64,000 bases of DNA from Eledone cirrhosa (GCA_964016885.1 OZ024740.1:162254001-162318000), one strand, 5' to 3'. Positions 40,500 to 54,119 are shown, numbered from the stretch's first letter. Numbers and translations: made by a program. The notes: generated by a model not told the origin, from the sequence alone.

Positions 40500-41545
40500 T
40501 AATTGTCTCTACTTTTTTAGCACAAGGCCAGCAATTATCCCAGTGCATTACTGGTACTTTATTTTATCGACCCCGTAAGAATGAAAGGCAAAGTTAACCT
40601 CGGCAGGATTTGAAATCAGAGTATAAAGGGTCGTAACTCTTTGCTGCAAAGCATGGCGTCCGACCCTCTACCGATACTGCCAATCGACCAATGATGACAA
40701 TAGTGATGATAATAATAATGATTTCTACTATAAGCACAAGGCCAGCAATTTGGGGGAGGGGAAAGTCGATTAAATCGACCCCAGTGCGTTACTGGTACAT
40801 TATTTTATCGACCCCGTAAGGATGGAAGGCAAAGCTAACCTCGGCGGGATTTAAACTCAGTACGTAAAGGACCGTAACTCTATGCCGCCAAGCATATTGA
40901 ATACACCTCTTATAGGTCCTGATTATAGTCACTTTCACAACAGAAAAGTAATGAATTTGATTTAAAAATGTTTACCGATATTGACATTTTAAAGCCAGGG
41001 AATGTTTGTTAAAGCAGACTTAATACAATGTCTTTTGTTTCTCATTGACGTAATACTGTTAATAAAATATTTATAAATCTATAAAGATTTCATAAATTTA
41101 TCAGACAGTTACTCCTTTTAAAATGAAGATAAGTTGGTCGTTGTGCAAATCCAAGTATGTAATAGATTTCACAATGGTAATGTATTACTATGATTTTAAA
41201 TTACATTAGATTTAACTACATAGAATACCGACATTTATAACGATACTTCATTAGTTGATGAGTGTGTAACTCCTTTTGGAGTCGTAGGGGTGCCGCAGTG
41301 ACATGCAGCATATCTCGAGCGCTTTATACCTGGCGGGGCCCATCACACTCCAGGTCTGAACACAGCTGTTTTTTTCTAGAGAAGGAAAGAGAGTGATAGA
41401 GAGGATGTGAGAAAGTACAGCACTGGTGGTACTTTTTATCGACCTCGAAAGGATGAAAGGCAGATTTTGACTCAGAGCCCAGAGAGCCGGAATGGATGAC
41501 GCAAAGCATTCTATCTGATGTTCTAACGACTTTGCCAATTACCCG
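40500..41545 (-). mobile_element. Three SINE copies (about 40500-40690, 40715-40895, 41405-41545)
   Basis: Core actggtac..ttttatcgacc..aaggatgaaaggca..tttgaa.tcag. Confidence 0.8.
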
Positions 41546-41664
41546 TCTATGTTTCATTAGTAAAGACCCTCTTCCGTCACGAATGACCATGGCATTTACA
41601 CCTAGAAAGTTCCCCTCCAAAGCACCAGCACTGGGGCTAATTCATCCTATATCTCACTTTATCG

Positions 41665-41750
<86 letters not shown>

Positions 41751-42712
41751 CTCTCTTCCTCTCTCCTGAAGAAATTGTCTGTGTTCAGACATGGAGATGG
41801 ATGGGCTCCACTACGTTTCAAATGCCCAATACACGCCGTTTTAGAACGGCACCCATTTGACTACATCAATAAGGCCCTAGTCATTCAGTCTAGTCGAACA
41901 TAATTATAAGGAAAAACAAAAATAACCAAATGTGGGCTTTCAAAATACTGTTTTGATGTTAACAGCATGTCAACTGAGTGTCAACTAGACCCTTATTCGG
42001 AATATTCGTAATATGTTCTACTGTCTTACTATTGTTTAAATCCAATTGAAAGAAAGCAGTCATTAGATATTCTGAAACTCCAGTTAAATCTTTTGAACAA
42101 AAAAATACTGGTGGTGGGATTAGACGTCTGACTTGAAATAGTAATATTTAAAAGAGATGGGAAAGAGAAATCAACGTGTTGGGGTATTCTTATGTATGGG
42201 TGTTAGAGAAAGAAAGCGAACGAAAGATATGTGTGAGTGAGTGTGTGTGTGTGTGTTTGTTTGTTTATTTGTTTGTGAGTGTGTGAATGTGTGTGCAACA
42301 TATAAAAAGAGAGGAAGAGGCTAAGGTGTGTATGAATACGTCAATGTATGAATGTGGCGGTGGTGTAAGTGAAAAGAGATAAAGCAAGGAGGTGAGGAGA
42401 GTGTGCATGAGTCAATGTGTGTATAGTGAATACTGTTATGGAAGTGTCATGATAGAGGACAAACATACCACTCGGTATTTAGTTTGTCAATGGGCCATAC
42501 CCTTTGAATAAGGAGGGTTTTATACCCTAATCTACATTCTACGACTACTATTAATTTATGAGGTTGAAGTAAGTATCAGGCACGATGTGAGTGAATGGGT
42601 CAACTGTTTAATTTGTACCTATAGCTTACCACAAGGAACAGGCATTTATCTGAATCTTTTTAAAAAAGGAAAGTAGATAAACGGGAAGGTATAGTGTCCA
42701 TAACCTTTTTAA

Positions 42713-42958
42713 TCCTTTCAATACCAGTCCAGTTGAGACTACCTTATATCCTTAAAGTAGATATCTCATTTTCAAAATATTCATACTTAAATCAAAACCT
42801 TCCTAATTCCATGTAAGAACATTTTGCTAAGTCAAATTCCTAACACCACCAACTTAATAATGAATAAGTTATTATATTAAATTCTTCAAAATCTTTATTA
42901 TTTTCAAGAATTTTTTAATCACATCGAGTATTTTGTAAGAAATATGGCACTGAAAGGG
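42713..42958. mobile_element. piggyBac-like MITE
   Basis: TTAA-tcctttcaatacca ... tggcactgaaaggg-TTAA: imperfect 14-bp TIRs with a TTAA duplication. Confidence 0.65.
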
Positions 42959-43124
42959 TTAAGCTTTCCTAAACAGGTGAGCTCGATGCCACTCATGTTC
43001 AGCTTGAGTATATGCAATTTACTGTTGCTTTAGAGTAATTTAAGATCGATAAAATTAAACACTGAGTCGATTTCATCTGCCGCAATTCTTCCACAAAATA
43101 TTTAGCCTGCTGTTTGTTTATCCT

Positions 43125-44722
43125 CTGTGTGAAGGTTAGAGTGTTGGGCTCACGATCGTGAGGTTCTAAGTTCGATTCCCGGACTGGACGGAACGTTGTC
43201 ATTGAGAGAGACACTTTATTTCAAGCTGCTCCAATTCACTCAGCTGGAAAAAAATGACAACGATTCTGGTGTCAAGCTGTATCGGTCATTACCTTTCTTT
43301 TGGACAACAACGGTGGCATGGTGAATGGAGACTGCCATGCACGGGCAATTGATGGTTTTCCACAAAAATACCTTGCCCGGGCTTGCGCCTTGGAGAAGAA
43401 CTTTCCAGGTACATATCCATGGTCAGCGATGTCTGAAGTGGGTGGGTGGGTGGAGGTCTTCTCAGCGTCTTCGTCGCATTGTTTTTTTAGATTACCTTAT
43501 TTAACGTGTCTACAGTTTTCAACATGGTAAAATTGGTAAAATTGTTAGAACATTTGGACAAAACTCCTTACACTATTTGTTCTGAGTTCAAATTTCTTCA
43601 AGGTCAACTTGGCTTATCATATTTCCGTCTTAGTAAATAAAATACCGTTCAAGTACCGAGACCGACTTAATCAACTACATCCCGCTAAATGTCTGGCCAT
43701 GCACCTATGTTACAAACAATTACTAATATTGGACGCAGGCATGGACGAAAAGTTAAGAAGTTAGATTTGCAATCACAATGTCAGTCATTCTATCGTAATG
43801 CGTTACATCTTGTCATATCTTTTAATGTAATAAATCAATATAATGGTAATTATTGTTGTTGATGAGGGTGGTGAGTTGTCAAGGTTATTAGAACATCGAA
43901 TAAATGCTTCGCAGTATTTGTTCTGGCTCTTTACGTTCTGAGTTCAAACCCACCGGGGTAACTTTGCCCTTCATCCTTCCGGGATCAAATTTGCGTTTTA
44001 TCCATTCGATGTCGTTAAAATAAGTATCAACCTCCTGAGGTCAATATAATCGACTTTTCCTTTCCGAAAATTGTGCCTGTATTAGAAATGATTATTGTTA
44101 GTAGGTTAGTAAAATTCTTTGAATGTTGGACGTTAGAGCATCAACCAAATGCTGAGCAGCATTTTTCCTGCTCTTTACATTCTGAGTTCAAATTCTATTG
44201 AAGCCAACTTTGTTCTTTCATCCTTCCCAGGTCGATAACATAAGGTACCTGTTAAGTACTGGAGTCGATATAATCGACTTTTCTCTTCCTCCAAATTGCT
44301 AGCCTAATACCTATGTTAGAAGCCATTATTAGGGATTGGCAGTATAGGTAGATGGTCGGACGCCATTTTTTACAGCATAGAGTTACGGCTCTTTACGGTC
44401 TGGGTTCAAATCTCGCCGAGGTTAACTTTGTCTTTTATCCTTACGGGGTCGATAAAATAAAGCACCAGTAATGCACTGGGGTAATTGCTGGCCTTGTGCC
44501 TAAAGTAGAAACAATTATTAAGGATGATGGGTTGGCAGTATTGGTAGAGCGTCGGACACCATGCTTTACGTTTTGAGTTCAAATCCTGAGGAGGGTAGCT
44601 TTGTTATTCATCCTTACGGGGTCGATAAAATAAGGTACCAGTAATGCACTAGAATAGATTTAATCGATTTTTTCGTCCTACTAAAATTGTTGGCCCTGTG
44701 CCTAAACAAGAAACCATTATCA
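43125..44722 (+). mobile_element. Head-to-tail cluster of about 6-7 SINEs
   Basis: tRNA-like head with gttcgattccc at about 43170, then repeated ctgagttcaaat..aactttg..ttcatcc..gtcgataaaataa units. Confidence 0.85.
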
Positions 44723-45139
44723 TTGTTGTTGTTGTTGATGTTGTTGATGTCATTGTTGTTGTTGTTATTAATAAGTTAATGTAATCATGACAATATGGTT
44801 GGTGATATTGTAAAGGCGTTGAATGATGGCATCAGCAGTGAAAGGGAAGTGACAGTAACGAGTGACTGTAATGGTGAAATGGTGGCTATGAATGATGATG
44901 ACGAGACATGCTTGGTAAAAGAACTAGAAGGTTAATAAAGAATTACTTCAATAGCACTGATGACAACGTAACAACAACAGTGATGACGACGACGATGGTG
45001 GCGTCGGTGGCGGTGGCGGCGGCGGTAAACAACGACAGTCTTGGTAACGGCAGATAAGATTATCATCACCATCGTAATCATCAACACTACCAACGACACC
45101 ACCACCACCAGCATCACCAAGACTAAGACTACTACTACG

Positions 45140-45210
<71 letters not shown>

Positions 45211-45399
45211 AGTAATACCGGCAACACCAACACCAAACGTAACTTAAAAACTGCAATTATTAACAGCAGCACCAGCGGCAACAAAACAACAACAACAACA
45301 ACAACAAAAGGAACAACAACAACAACAACAACAAAAGGAACAAAACTTGTATTGACGGAAATTTTGATGAACACACGCAGATATGAGAGACATGCACGA

Positions 45400-46145
45400 A
45401 CACACACACATAACATGCACACGTTCACACATTCACACACACACACACGTTCACACATGCTCACCTTAACACACACACGTTAACATATGCATACGTTCAG
45501 TGTTTCAATACATCGTCATAGACACACACACACATGTTAACACATGCACACGTTCACACACACGCACGTTCACACATGCGCACGTTTACACATGTGCACG
45601 TTCACACATGTGCACGTTCACACATGCGCACGCACACACACACACACACACACGTTCACACATGCACACGTTCATACACACATACGTTCACACATGCACA
45701 CGTTCATACACACACACACATTCACACATGCACACGTTCATACACATACACGTTCATACCTGCACACGTTCATACACACACACGTTCACATATGTACACA
45801 TTCATATACACACACGTTCACACATGTACACATTCATACACACACACGTTCACACACACATACACACACGCTCACACACACACACGTTCTCACATGCACA
45901 CGTTCATACACACACACGTTCACACATGAACACGTTCAGTGTTCCAATACATCGTCATATATACACACACACACACACGTTCACACATGCACACATTCAT
46001 ACACACACACGTTCACACACACATTATACACACGCTCACACACACACACGTTCTCACATGCACACGTTCATACACACACACGTTCATACATGCACACGTT
46101 CAGTGTTCCAATACATCGTCATACACACACACACACACACACGTT
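45400..46145. repeat. CA-derived minisatellite (cacacgttca(c/t)acacatg-like units)
   Basis: Recurring cacgttca motif, with a higher-order repeat gttcagtgtt(t/c)caatacatcgtcata three times. Confidence 0.85.
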
Positions 46146-46814
46146 GTTCTAACAATAAACCAAGGTGAGAGTGTTTGATATGAAGGAAATACTTGAAAGG
46201 TAAACAATATTAATGTATGACAAGTTTATTATCTTTCTCTCAATGAAGATAGAAATGCTTGCCTTTCCATCAACAACAACACAAACATATTCACATAAAC
46301 GTAAACACACACATACATATATACATAGGCATACTCAAAAACACATTCATACTCATATATACACACACATGCACAGACATATACATATACATATGCACAT
46401 ATACACAAACATACTCACAAAAACACACACAAACACATATACACAGACATACACGCAAAAACACACACATACACATATACACATACATGCACATACACAT
46501 ATACGCATATATACAGACACACACACAAAAAACCTACACATATACACACACATACACACACACACACACACACACAAACTTTTTTTTAAATATTCTTTTA
46601 AGAATAATTTTTTATTGAAGTTCATTGTTGCTCAAACGACATTTCAAAATCTGACGCCATTAAAACAGTATATTTTAATCAGTTTAGAAAATGAAGCACA
46701 CACTCATATTTACACACACACACACGCACCATACACACACACATATACACACACACGCGCACACGCACTACACACGCATACACACACACACACACGCACA
46801 CACACATGATTATC

Positions 46815-47210
46815 TAATAATGCTTTCTTTATTAACCACAAGGGTTGACATAAAGTAAAACATTAGAGTAGCACAGGACGGTACACGACGGTACAGAACG
46901 GTACAAATGGGCATTTCTGTGTGTAAAGAAAAAACAAAACAATAACACAGGAAGTAACAAAAAAAGAAATGAAACAAAATAAATTTCGCACTAGGAGGGA
47001 GACCTCCGAGGGTCACTCGTGAAGAAAACCCAGAAAAAACCTCGGTGACCCTGAACACCAGGGCAAGTGCCCTCTCCCAGTTTTCCACCCCCAATCTACA
47101 GGCGCATACTCAGAACATGTTCGCCCCTCTCACCCATCTTTCAACAAATTGCTGGGAAGGGAGCACTTCCCTCTCCACCCTGATTTTCTTTTTCAAATGA
47201 AATTTCTTAT
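46815..47210 (-). mobile_element. Diverged Tx1-like 3' end
   Basis: Shares ttctttattaaccacaaggg, caccagggcaagtgccctctcccagttttccacc and ctcacccatctttcaacaaa with 26430-26790. Confidence 0.85.
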
Positions 47211-47310
47211 AGTTCATTTTTACAAGAACAATAATTTCAACAACTGACGTCATTACGAAAGAGTAATAATCATTAGAATATCAAATTTGGAAAATCCATG
47301 ATCACTCTAT

Positions 47311-47385
<75 letters not shown>

Positions 47386-47507
47386 TTCTCTCTCCCCCTC
47401 AGTCACTCTCTTATATGCACTCACACATTAATATGAACTGTTTTGGTCGATTAACAATAATAAAAATAATATCAAAATAAAGAAAAAATACACTATTCCA
47501 CTTATAT

Positions 47508-47541
<34 letters not shown>

Positions 47542-47547
47542 CATATA

Positions 47548-48445
47548 TGATGTGTGTCAGAAAAGTTCCAGGATTGATGTCACAAGAGATTTATTTCAAA
47601 CCCAAACTTCACACTAAGAGTTTTCTCCTTCAAAGTAATCCCCCTGGAGCATGTAACTGTAATCTTAGCTCTCTACAGTGATCAAACTTTTTTCTTCATA
47701 ATTTTATATACATGTCCTCTTTTTCAGGTCGTCAAGCAATGAGCACAGAGCAACGAACAAACTTGAAGTTTCTGGTACGGTTGGGGAAAACTCCGCTGCA
47801 GCAATTGTATGGAGATGAGACGATGCCACGCTCACGTGTTTTTGAGTGGTGCAAGAGGTTTAAAGAAGGACGTGAGGACGTGGAAGATGACCTCAAGAGC
47901 GGAAGGCCCTCAACAACCAGCACTGAGGTCAACGTTGAGCGCGTCAGGCAGATGGTGCGTAGCGATCGTCGGCTGACTGTTCGACTGATGGCAAATGAGC
48001 TGGGCATGAATCGGGACAGCGTCTGGAAGATTCTCACTGAAGATTTGGACATGCGGAAAGTCTGCGCGAAGATGGTGCCAAAACTGCTGAATGATGAACA
48101 GAAGGGTCGACGCATGCAAGTGTGCCAGGACATCCTCGAGCGTCTTGAAACCGAACCAGACTTGCTAGGGACAGTCATCACCAGTGATGAGTCATGGATC
48201 TTCGAGTACGACCCGGAGGGGATCCGTTTTGAAGATGTGGACGACATCAAAAAGGCCGTGACGACGGAACTGCGGAGGATCCCGGAAGAATCCTTCCAGG
48301 AGTGCATGCAAGCGTGGCAGAAAAGGATGGAAAAGTGCATTAGACTCCAGGGGGATTACTTTGAAGGAGAAAACTCTTAGTGTGAAGTTAGGGTTTGAAA
48401 TAAATCTTTTGTGACATCAATCCTGGAATTTTCTGACACACCTCG
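47548..48445 (+). mobile_element. Internally deleted mariner with approximately 100-bp terminal inverted repeats and TA flanks
   Basis: 47548-47649 is the near reverse complement of 48345-48445, with TA at 47546-47547 and 48446-48447. Confidence 0.92.
47712..48380 (+). CDS. Truncated mariner transposase (DNA-binding region retained, catalytic core deleted in frame)
   Basis: VFEWCKRFKEGREDVEDDLKSGRP, KMVPKLL, then ITSDESWIFEYDPE fused directly to GIRFEDVDDIK..GDYFE. HDNA and YSPDLAP are absent. Confidence 0.75.
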   Translation: MSSFSGRQAMSTEQRTNLKFLVRLGKTPLQQLYGDETMPRSRVFEWCKRFKEGREDVEDDLKSGRPSTTSTEVNVERVRQMVRSDRRLTVRLMANELGMNRDSVWKILTEDLDMRKVCAKMVPKLLNDEQKGRRMQVCQDILERLETEPDLLGTVITSDESWIFEYDPEGIRFEDVDDIKKAVTTELRRIPEESFQECMQAWQKRMEKCIRLQGDYFEGENS

Positions 48446-48531
48446 TATATACAACACGCAAGTACACACACACACACACACACACACTCACATACATATA
48501 TATATATTATATATATATACATATAACACGC

Positions 48532-48598
<67 letters not shown>

Positions 48599-48844
48599 CG
48601 CACACGCAATGTTTAGTTCTCTTTTAATGATGTTTATTTTGTTTTTATTGCACATTTTGAAATTTTTGGTATGGTTCTAATGGTTATAAATAATAATAAC
48701 ATTGGCAAATGATTTAGACACAAATTCAGTAATTTAGAAAGAAGGAAAATTCGATAGATTTATCTTAGTTACCTTGCAAGAATGGAAGGAAAATTTACCT
48801 CAACGAGTCCCGAAAGCGACCACCGAATAATAATAACAATTTGG

Positions 48845-49546
48845 CAGTGGATTGGCAGTGTCAGTGGAGCGTCGGACACCATGCTTCGTAACATAGGGTT
48901 GCGACCCTTTACGTTCCAATTTCAGGTCCCACCGGGGTTGGATTTGCCTTTCATCCAAGTGGGGTCGATAAAATAGCGTACCAGTAAACACTGGGGTCGA
49001 TTTGGTCGATTTTCACCTTCCCTTCAAATTGCTGGCCTTGTGCCTAAAGTAGAAGCAATTATTATTTTTAACATAGGCCAGATATGTTGTGGGGAATGAA
49101 CAGTCAATAACATCGATCAGTTCTTCATTAGTATTTATGTCGTCTCCAGGATAAAAAAGTGAAGTTCACTATACTGGAATTTGAACTTAGTACGTACTAT
49201 GAATAAGATGCATTAAAGACATGACCATTCAGTATTTTTACAAGAATAGGGTATATCGGAGAGATTTTAGAATATTTGACTGGCATTACTAGCAGGTCAA
49301 ATGACCATGTAAAAACTTCCTAGTTGGATTATAATACAAAATAACTACTGAAGTTATAGTTGTTTAGTCCCAGGTCTGCCCTGACAGATAAAGTCTACAA
49401 TCAAGAGCCTTCCGGTCATAACCAGTGCCGGATTTACCATTATGCTTAGATGTGCTTAAGCACAAGGCCTCGTTGGCTGGGGGGGGGGGGGGGTCTTTCT
49501 GCCCCCACATATTTTTACTTCCTTCAGGGCCCAAGTAATGATATGC

Positions 49547-49583
<37 letters not shown>

Positions 49584-49825
49584 GACACACACACACGCGC
49601 GCGCGCACACACGCACTCACACACATATATATATATATAATTGTTTCTACTATTGGCACAAGGCCACCAATTATCCCAGTACATTACTGGTACTTTATTT
49701 TATCGACCCCGTAAGGATGAAAGGCAAAGTTAACCTCGGCGGGATTTGAACTCAGAATGGCAAGGGTCGTAACTCTATGCGTCAAAGCATGGCGTCCGAC
49801 CCTCTACCGATACTGCCAATTCACC
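48845..49825. mobile_element. Inverted SINE pair (about 48845-49066 on +, about 49638-49825 on -)
   Basis: The same SINE core occurs in opposite orientations. Confidence 0.8.
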
Positions 49826-49875
49826 GAGCTGTACTGATGAATGGTGATACCCAGAAACATTAGTGTCTGCAGTTC
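49826..49875 (+). ncRNA. Type I hammerhead ribozyme candidate
   Basis: gagctgta-CTGATGA-atggtgataccca-GAAA-ca-ttag-tg-TC-tgcagttc. Stem I is 8 bp with two G-U pairs, and the triplet is GUC. Confidence 0.7.
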
Positions 49876-50018
49876 TGTTTACATGCCAATACAAGAGCAA
49901 GTATGAAGGGTTCATTCGACTGACATGGCTTTAAAAATGAGGCTTGTTTGCATAATTGCAAACGAATCGCATGTTATTAATATTCGAAAACTCAGATTAC
50001 ATTTATTATATATATATA

Positions 50019-50637
50019 TCTATATATATAAAGCTGTGGTTGTCTGTCTGTCTATCGATTTTTGGCACACATCTCCTCTTAGAATCTCTGACGGAATTGC
50101 ACCGAAATTGCTATACTTGTACATTGAGCCCTAGCGAAGACATCGGAAAAAAAATATTTCAAATTGACCCACCCTATGTGACGAAATCGAATCTAATGTA
50201 TCGATTTTTGAGCGTAAGTGACGAGTTATTTCCCTTTGTTCTGTTTACATTTTCTGCGTGCAAAAATTAAAAAAATTACGCTGGCTTCCTCAGCGTTTAA
50301 AATGACATTAACACAATACACGAACAGTTGTCGAGCCAGCAAAATGTTGACCTACAAAATTCATCAGTTCGAACACTAAGCTTCCGTTTTGCTTCATTTC
50401 CATTTAAAAGCCTTTTAAAACAATATTTTTACTTGAAAACAAGTCTATTTAAAGACTACGTAAAACAAGCAAATATTTCGTAAAAAAAAGCAAAAATTAT
50501 ATAAGTTTATTTAAAATATATGTATCTGTAAATTTCGTTAGGCGTGCAGACAGACTTTAAGCCAAAAAAGAAACTTAACATTGTAACTTTAACACAGCTA
50601 CTGAGCGACCCCGAGCAACGCCGGGCTTTACTGCTAG
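50019..50637 (+). mobile_element. Non-autonomous Helitron-like element
   Basis: Starts TC(tatatatataaag) and ends with the hairpin cccg-agcaacgc-cggg then CTAG. Inserted between A and T in (TA)n with no TSD. Confidence 0.75.
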
Positions 50638-50753
50638 TATATAATAAATGTAATCTGAGTTTTCGAATATTCATTATGCAAACAAGCCTCATTTTTAAAG
50701 CCATGTCAGTCGAATGAACTCTTAATTCTTGCTCTTGTGTTAGCATGTAAACA

Positions 50754-50803
50754 GAACTGCAGACACTAATGTTTCTGGGTATCACCCTTCATCAGTACAG
50801 CTC
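50754..50803 (-). ncRNA. Type I hammerhead ribozyme candidate (inverted partner of 49826)
   Basis: Minus strand: gagctgta-CTGATGA-a-gggt-gat-accc-a-GAAA-ca-ttag-tg-TC-tgcagttc. Confidence 0.75.
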
Positions 50804-51041
50804 ACTGTTCACCTGCCAACTGTCAGAGCTAGTGAAAATATATGCTATTTTCTAAAATATACAGTGGCTGATCAGCCTGATTTGCATATTAGCAGACTGG
50901 CTGATCAGTCAGATCTGTGTATTAGCAGATCTACTGACCAGCAGACTGGCCAGTCAGTTTCATGTATACGAGCAATAAATGGTCGGCTTTGCCACATTCA
51001 AATAAAAAAAAATTATTTTTGCTCTACATGGCTGAGTACAA

Positions 51042-51222
51042 TAAATGTAATGTGAGTTTTCGAATATTAATAATAACATTAGATTCGTTTGCAATTATGC
51101 AAACAAGCCTCATTTTTAAAGCCATGTCAGTAGAATGAACACTTCCTTCTTGCTCTTGTGTTGGCATGTAAATAGAACTGCAGACACTAATCAACTAATG
51201 TAAATAGAACTGCAGACACTAA
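51042..51222 (-). mobile_element. Third copy of the 49826 element, broken in helix III, with a 25-bp duplication
   Basis: Matches the reverse complement of 49860-50005; atgtaaatagaactgcagacactaa occurs twice. Confidence 0.85.
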
Positions 51223-51467
51223 ACAACTAAATAGTCTAATTTGTGCTCCTCCTTTTAAGATGATAGGGTAGGATTTGAGAGATTTTAAGAGATATTTCTA
51301 GGAAACCATGTGCTATTGTAGAGGCGCCACTATCGGTTCGTAATTGCAGCAGACATCATATCAGACAGCGCAAGAGACAAAAAAGAAACTATATATATAT
51401 ATACATGTATATATATAAATATACATATATATATATATATGGATACATATATATATGGATATGGATA

Positions 51468-51606
<139 letters not shown>

Positions 51607-51860
51607 ATATATATAGCAATAAACACAGTAAATTGTGCATTTAAAATTACCAGGGTTGAGATACCACGTTGGTTTGAGAGATTTAACCTGAAGTAAACGG
51701 AAAATACAGGATAAAGAGTAAAATGTACAGACCGTTATATATATATGTATGTATATATATATATTGAGTATATTTTGCTTGTTTACCGACACCTCGGTAT
51801 GCAGATTGGAGCACTCGACGAAGTACGCAGGTTGGTTTGCTTACTCCGGAGTAACGTAAA

Positions 51861-52253
51861 ATAATCAAGTCAAATAGGTAAAATTTGGCTTCATTTATTA
51901 TAAATTACAGATATACTGCTATATATATTTCGGTGACAGCCATCATTGGCTGTGACGTCTTCAGGAAGTCCGAATTGGTGTGGTAGAGACAGGTACACAT
52001 GTTGTTTAAGTGTGTTTTACTCCGTCAATACTCCGATATGTCTAGCTCCTCAGAGAAATAACAACGCAACCAGGAGCTGGACATATCGGAGTATTGATGG
52101 AGTAAAACACACTTAAACAACGTGTGTACCCGTCTCTACCACACCTATTCGGACTGCCTGAAGACGTCACAGCCAATGATGGCTGTCACCGAAATATATA
52201 TAGCAGTATATCTGTAATTTATAATAAATGAAGTCAAATTTTACCTATTTGAC

Positions 52254-52260
<7 letters not shown>
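51861..52260. repeat. Approximately 190-bp-arm inverted repeat, each arm carrying a hammerhead motif
   Basis: Arms 51861-52050 and 52072-52260 with a 21-nt spacer and few mismatches. It abuts (TA)n. Confidence 0.95.
52153..52207 (+). ncRNA. Type I hammerhead ribozyme candidate
   Basis: actgc-CTGAAGA-c-gtcacagcca-atga-tggctgtcac-c-GAAA-tatata-TA-gcagt, with AATAAA at 52223. The minus copy at 51915-51969 has a stem I mismatch. Confidence 0.7.
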
Positions 52261-52325
<65 letters not shown>

Positions 52326-52381
52326 GACGTAAAATAAGAAAATTTTAAAAATTAAAAATTAACTTACTTACTAAAATTTTC

Positions 52382-52463
52382 ACTCCTACTAATTAGTTTC
52401 TGTAAGGGAATAAATATAGTTACGCAATGCGACTATAGAGAAGTCCTTACGTCATCAGGGAGT
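52382..52463 (-). ncRNA. Type I hammerhead ribozyme candidate (inverted partner of 53138)
   Basis: Near-exact reverse complement of 53138-53219. Confidence 0.72.
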
Positions 52464-53137
52464 CTATTCTCAGCTAAGTTCCCAGGCAATGCGCGGACAC
52501 TAGGAACCCATATAAAAATAATAATTCAGTGGATGGAATAAAGCTAGCGGGGACTAAATTCCAGGGCACTGAAAAAATTCACTGCCTACTTGGTCAGTGG
52601 CAAATTCTAAAGAATCAATCACGTGACACTTGGAACTTAGCTGAGAATAGACTCCTTTACAGAAACTAATTAGTAGGAGTGAAAATTTTAGTAAGTAAGT
52701 TAATTTTTAATTTTTAAAATTTTCTTATTTTACGTCTTACATATAATTGTTCTGCACCCCCTGCATAGAACCACAAAGGTACTAAGACATAACATATATA
52801 TTTGCTAGCATGGGTATACATCTGTATACATATGTTGGTAGATATACTAATTCTCTATATTTATCTCCAAATTATTTGTTGAGCGAAACTTGCCAAAATT
52901 TACTGCTATGGTTCATGGTAGTAGATAGGCTCTTGTCATAATACCACCCCACTCCTCACTGATTAACCTCAGTGCCACGTGATTGATTCTTTAGAATTTG
53001 CCACTGACCAAGTAGGCAGTGAATTTTTTCAGTGCCCTGGAATTTAGTCCCCGCTAGCTTTATTCCATCCACTGAATTATTATTTTTATATGGGTTCCTA
53101 GTGTCCGCGCATTGCCTGGGAACTTAGCTGAGAATAG

Positions 53138-53219
53138 ACTCCCTGATGACGTAAGGACTTCTCTATAGTTGCATTGCGTAACTATATTTATTCCCTTACA
53201 GAAACTAATTAGTAGGAGT
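53138..53219 (+). ncRNA. Type I hammerhead ribozyme candidate
   Basis: actcc-CTGATGA-c-gtaagg..(tatagtt/aactata hairpin)..ccttac-a-GAAA-ctaattag-TA-ggagt. Helix III is palindromic and the triplet is GUA. Confidence 0.72.
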
Positions 53220-53393
53220 GAAAATTTTACTAAGTTAATTTTTAATTTTAAAAATTTTCTTATTTTACGTCTTTCATATAATTGTTCTGCACCCCCCTGC
53301 ATAGAACCACAAAGGTACTAAGACATAACATATATATTTGCTAGCATGGGTATACATCTGTATATATATGTTGGTAGATATACTAATTCTCTC

Positions 53394-54065
<672 letters not shown>

Positions 54066-54076
54066 TGTATGTATAT

Positions 54077-54119
<43 letters not shown>

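Larger units (their letters stand above)
52319..53390. mobile_element. Composite of one inverted and two direct copies of a hammerhead-bearing element (Penelope pseudo-LTR-like)
   Basis: 52319-52630 is inverted relative to 52971-53280, and 52632-52856 is a direct partial repeat of 53119-53390. Confidence 0.85.

Noticed and set aside
43125-43200. tRNA gene
   Set aside because: The A/B-box-like head continues into a SINE body and the cloverleaf is degenerate, so it is a SINE head rather than a tRNA.
43535-44722. Regularly spaced repeats resembling a CRISPR array
   Set aside because: Units are diverged SINEs of about 200 bp in a eukaryotic context, with no unique spacers or cas genes.
49423-49535. 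cagtgccggatt hAT-like terminus
   Set aside because: No partner TIR or TSD was found.
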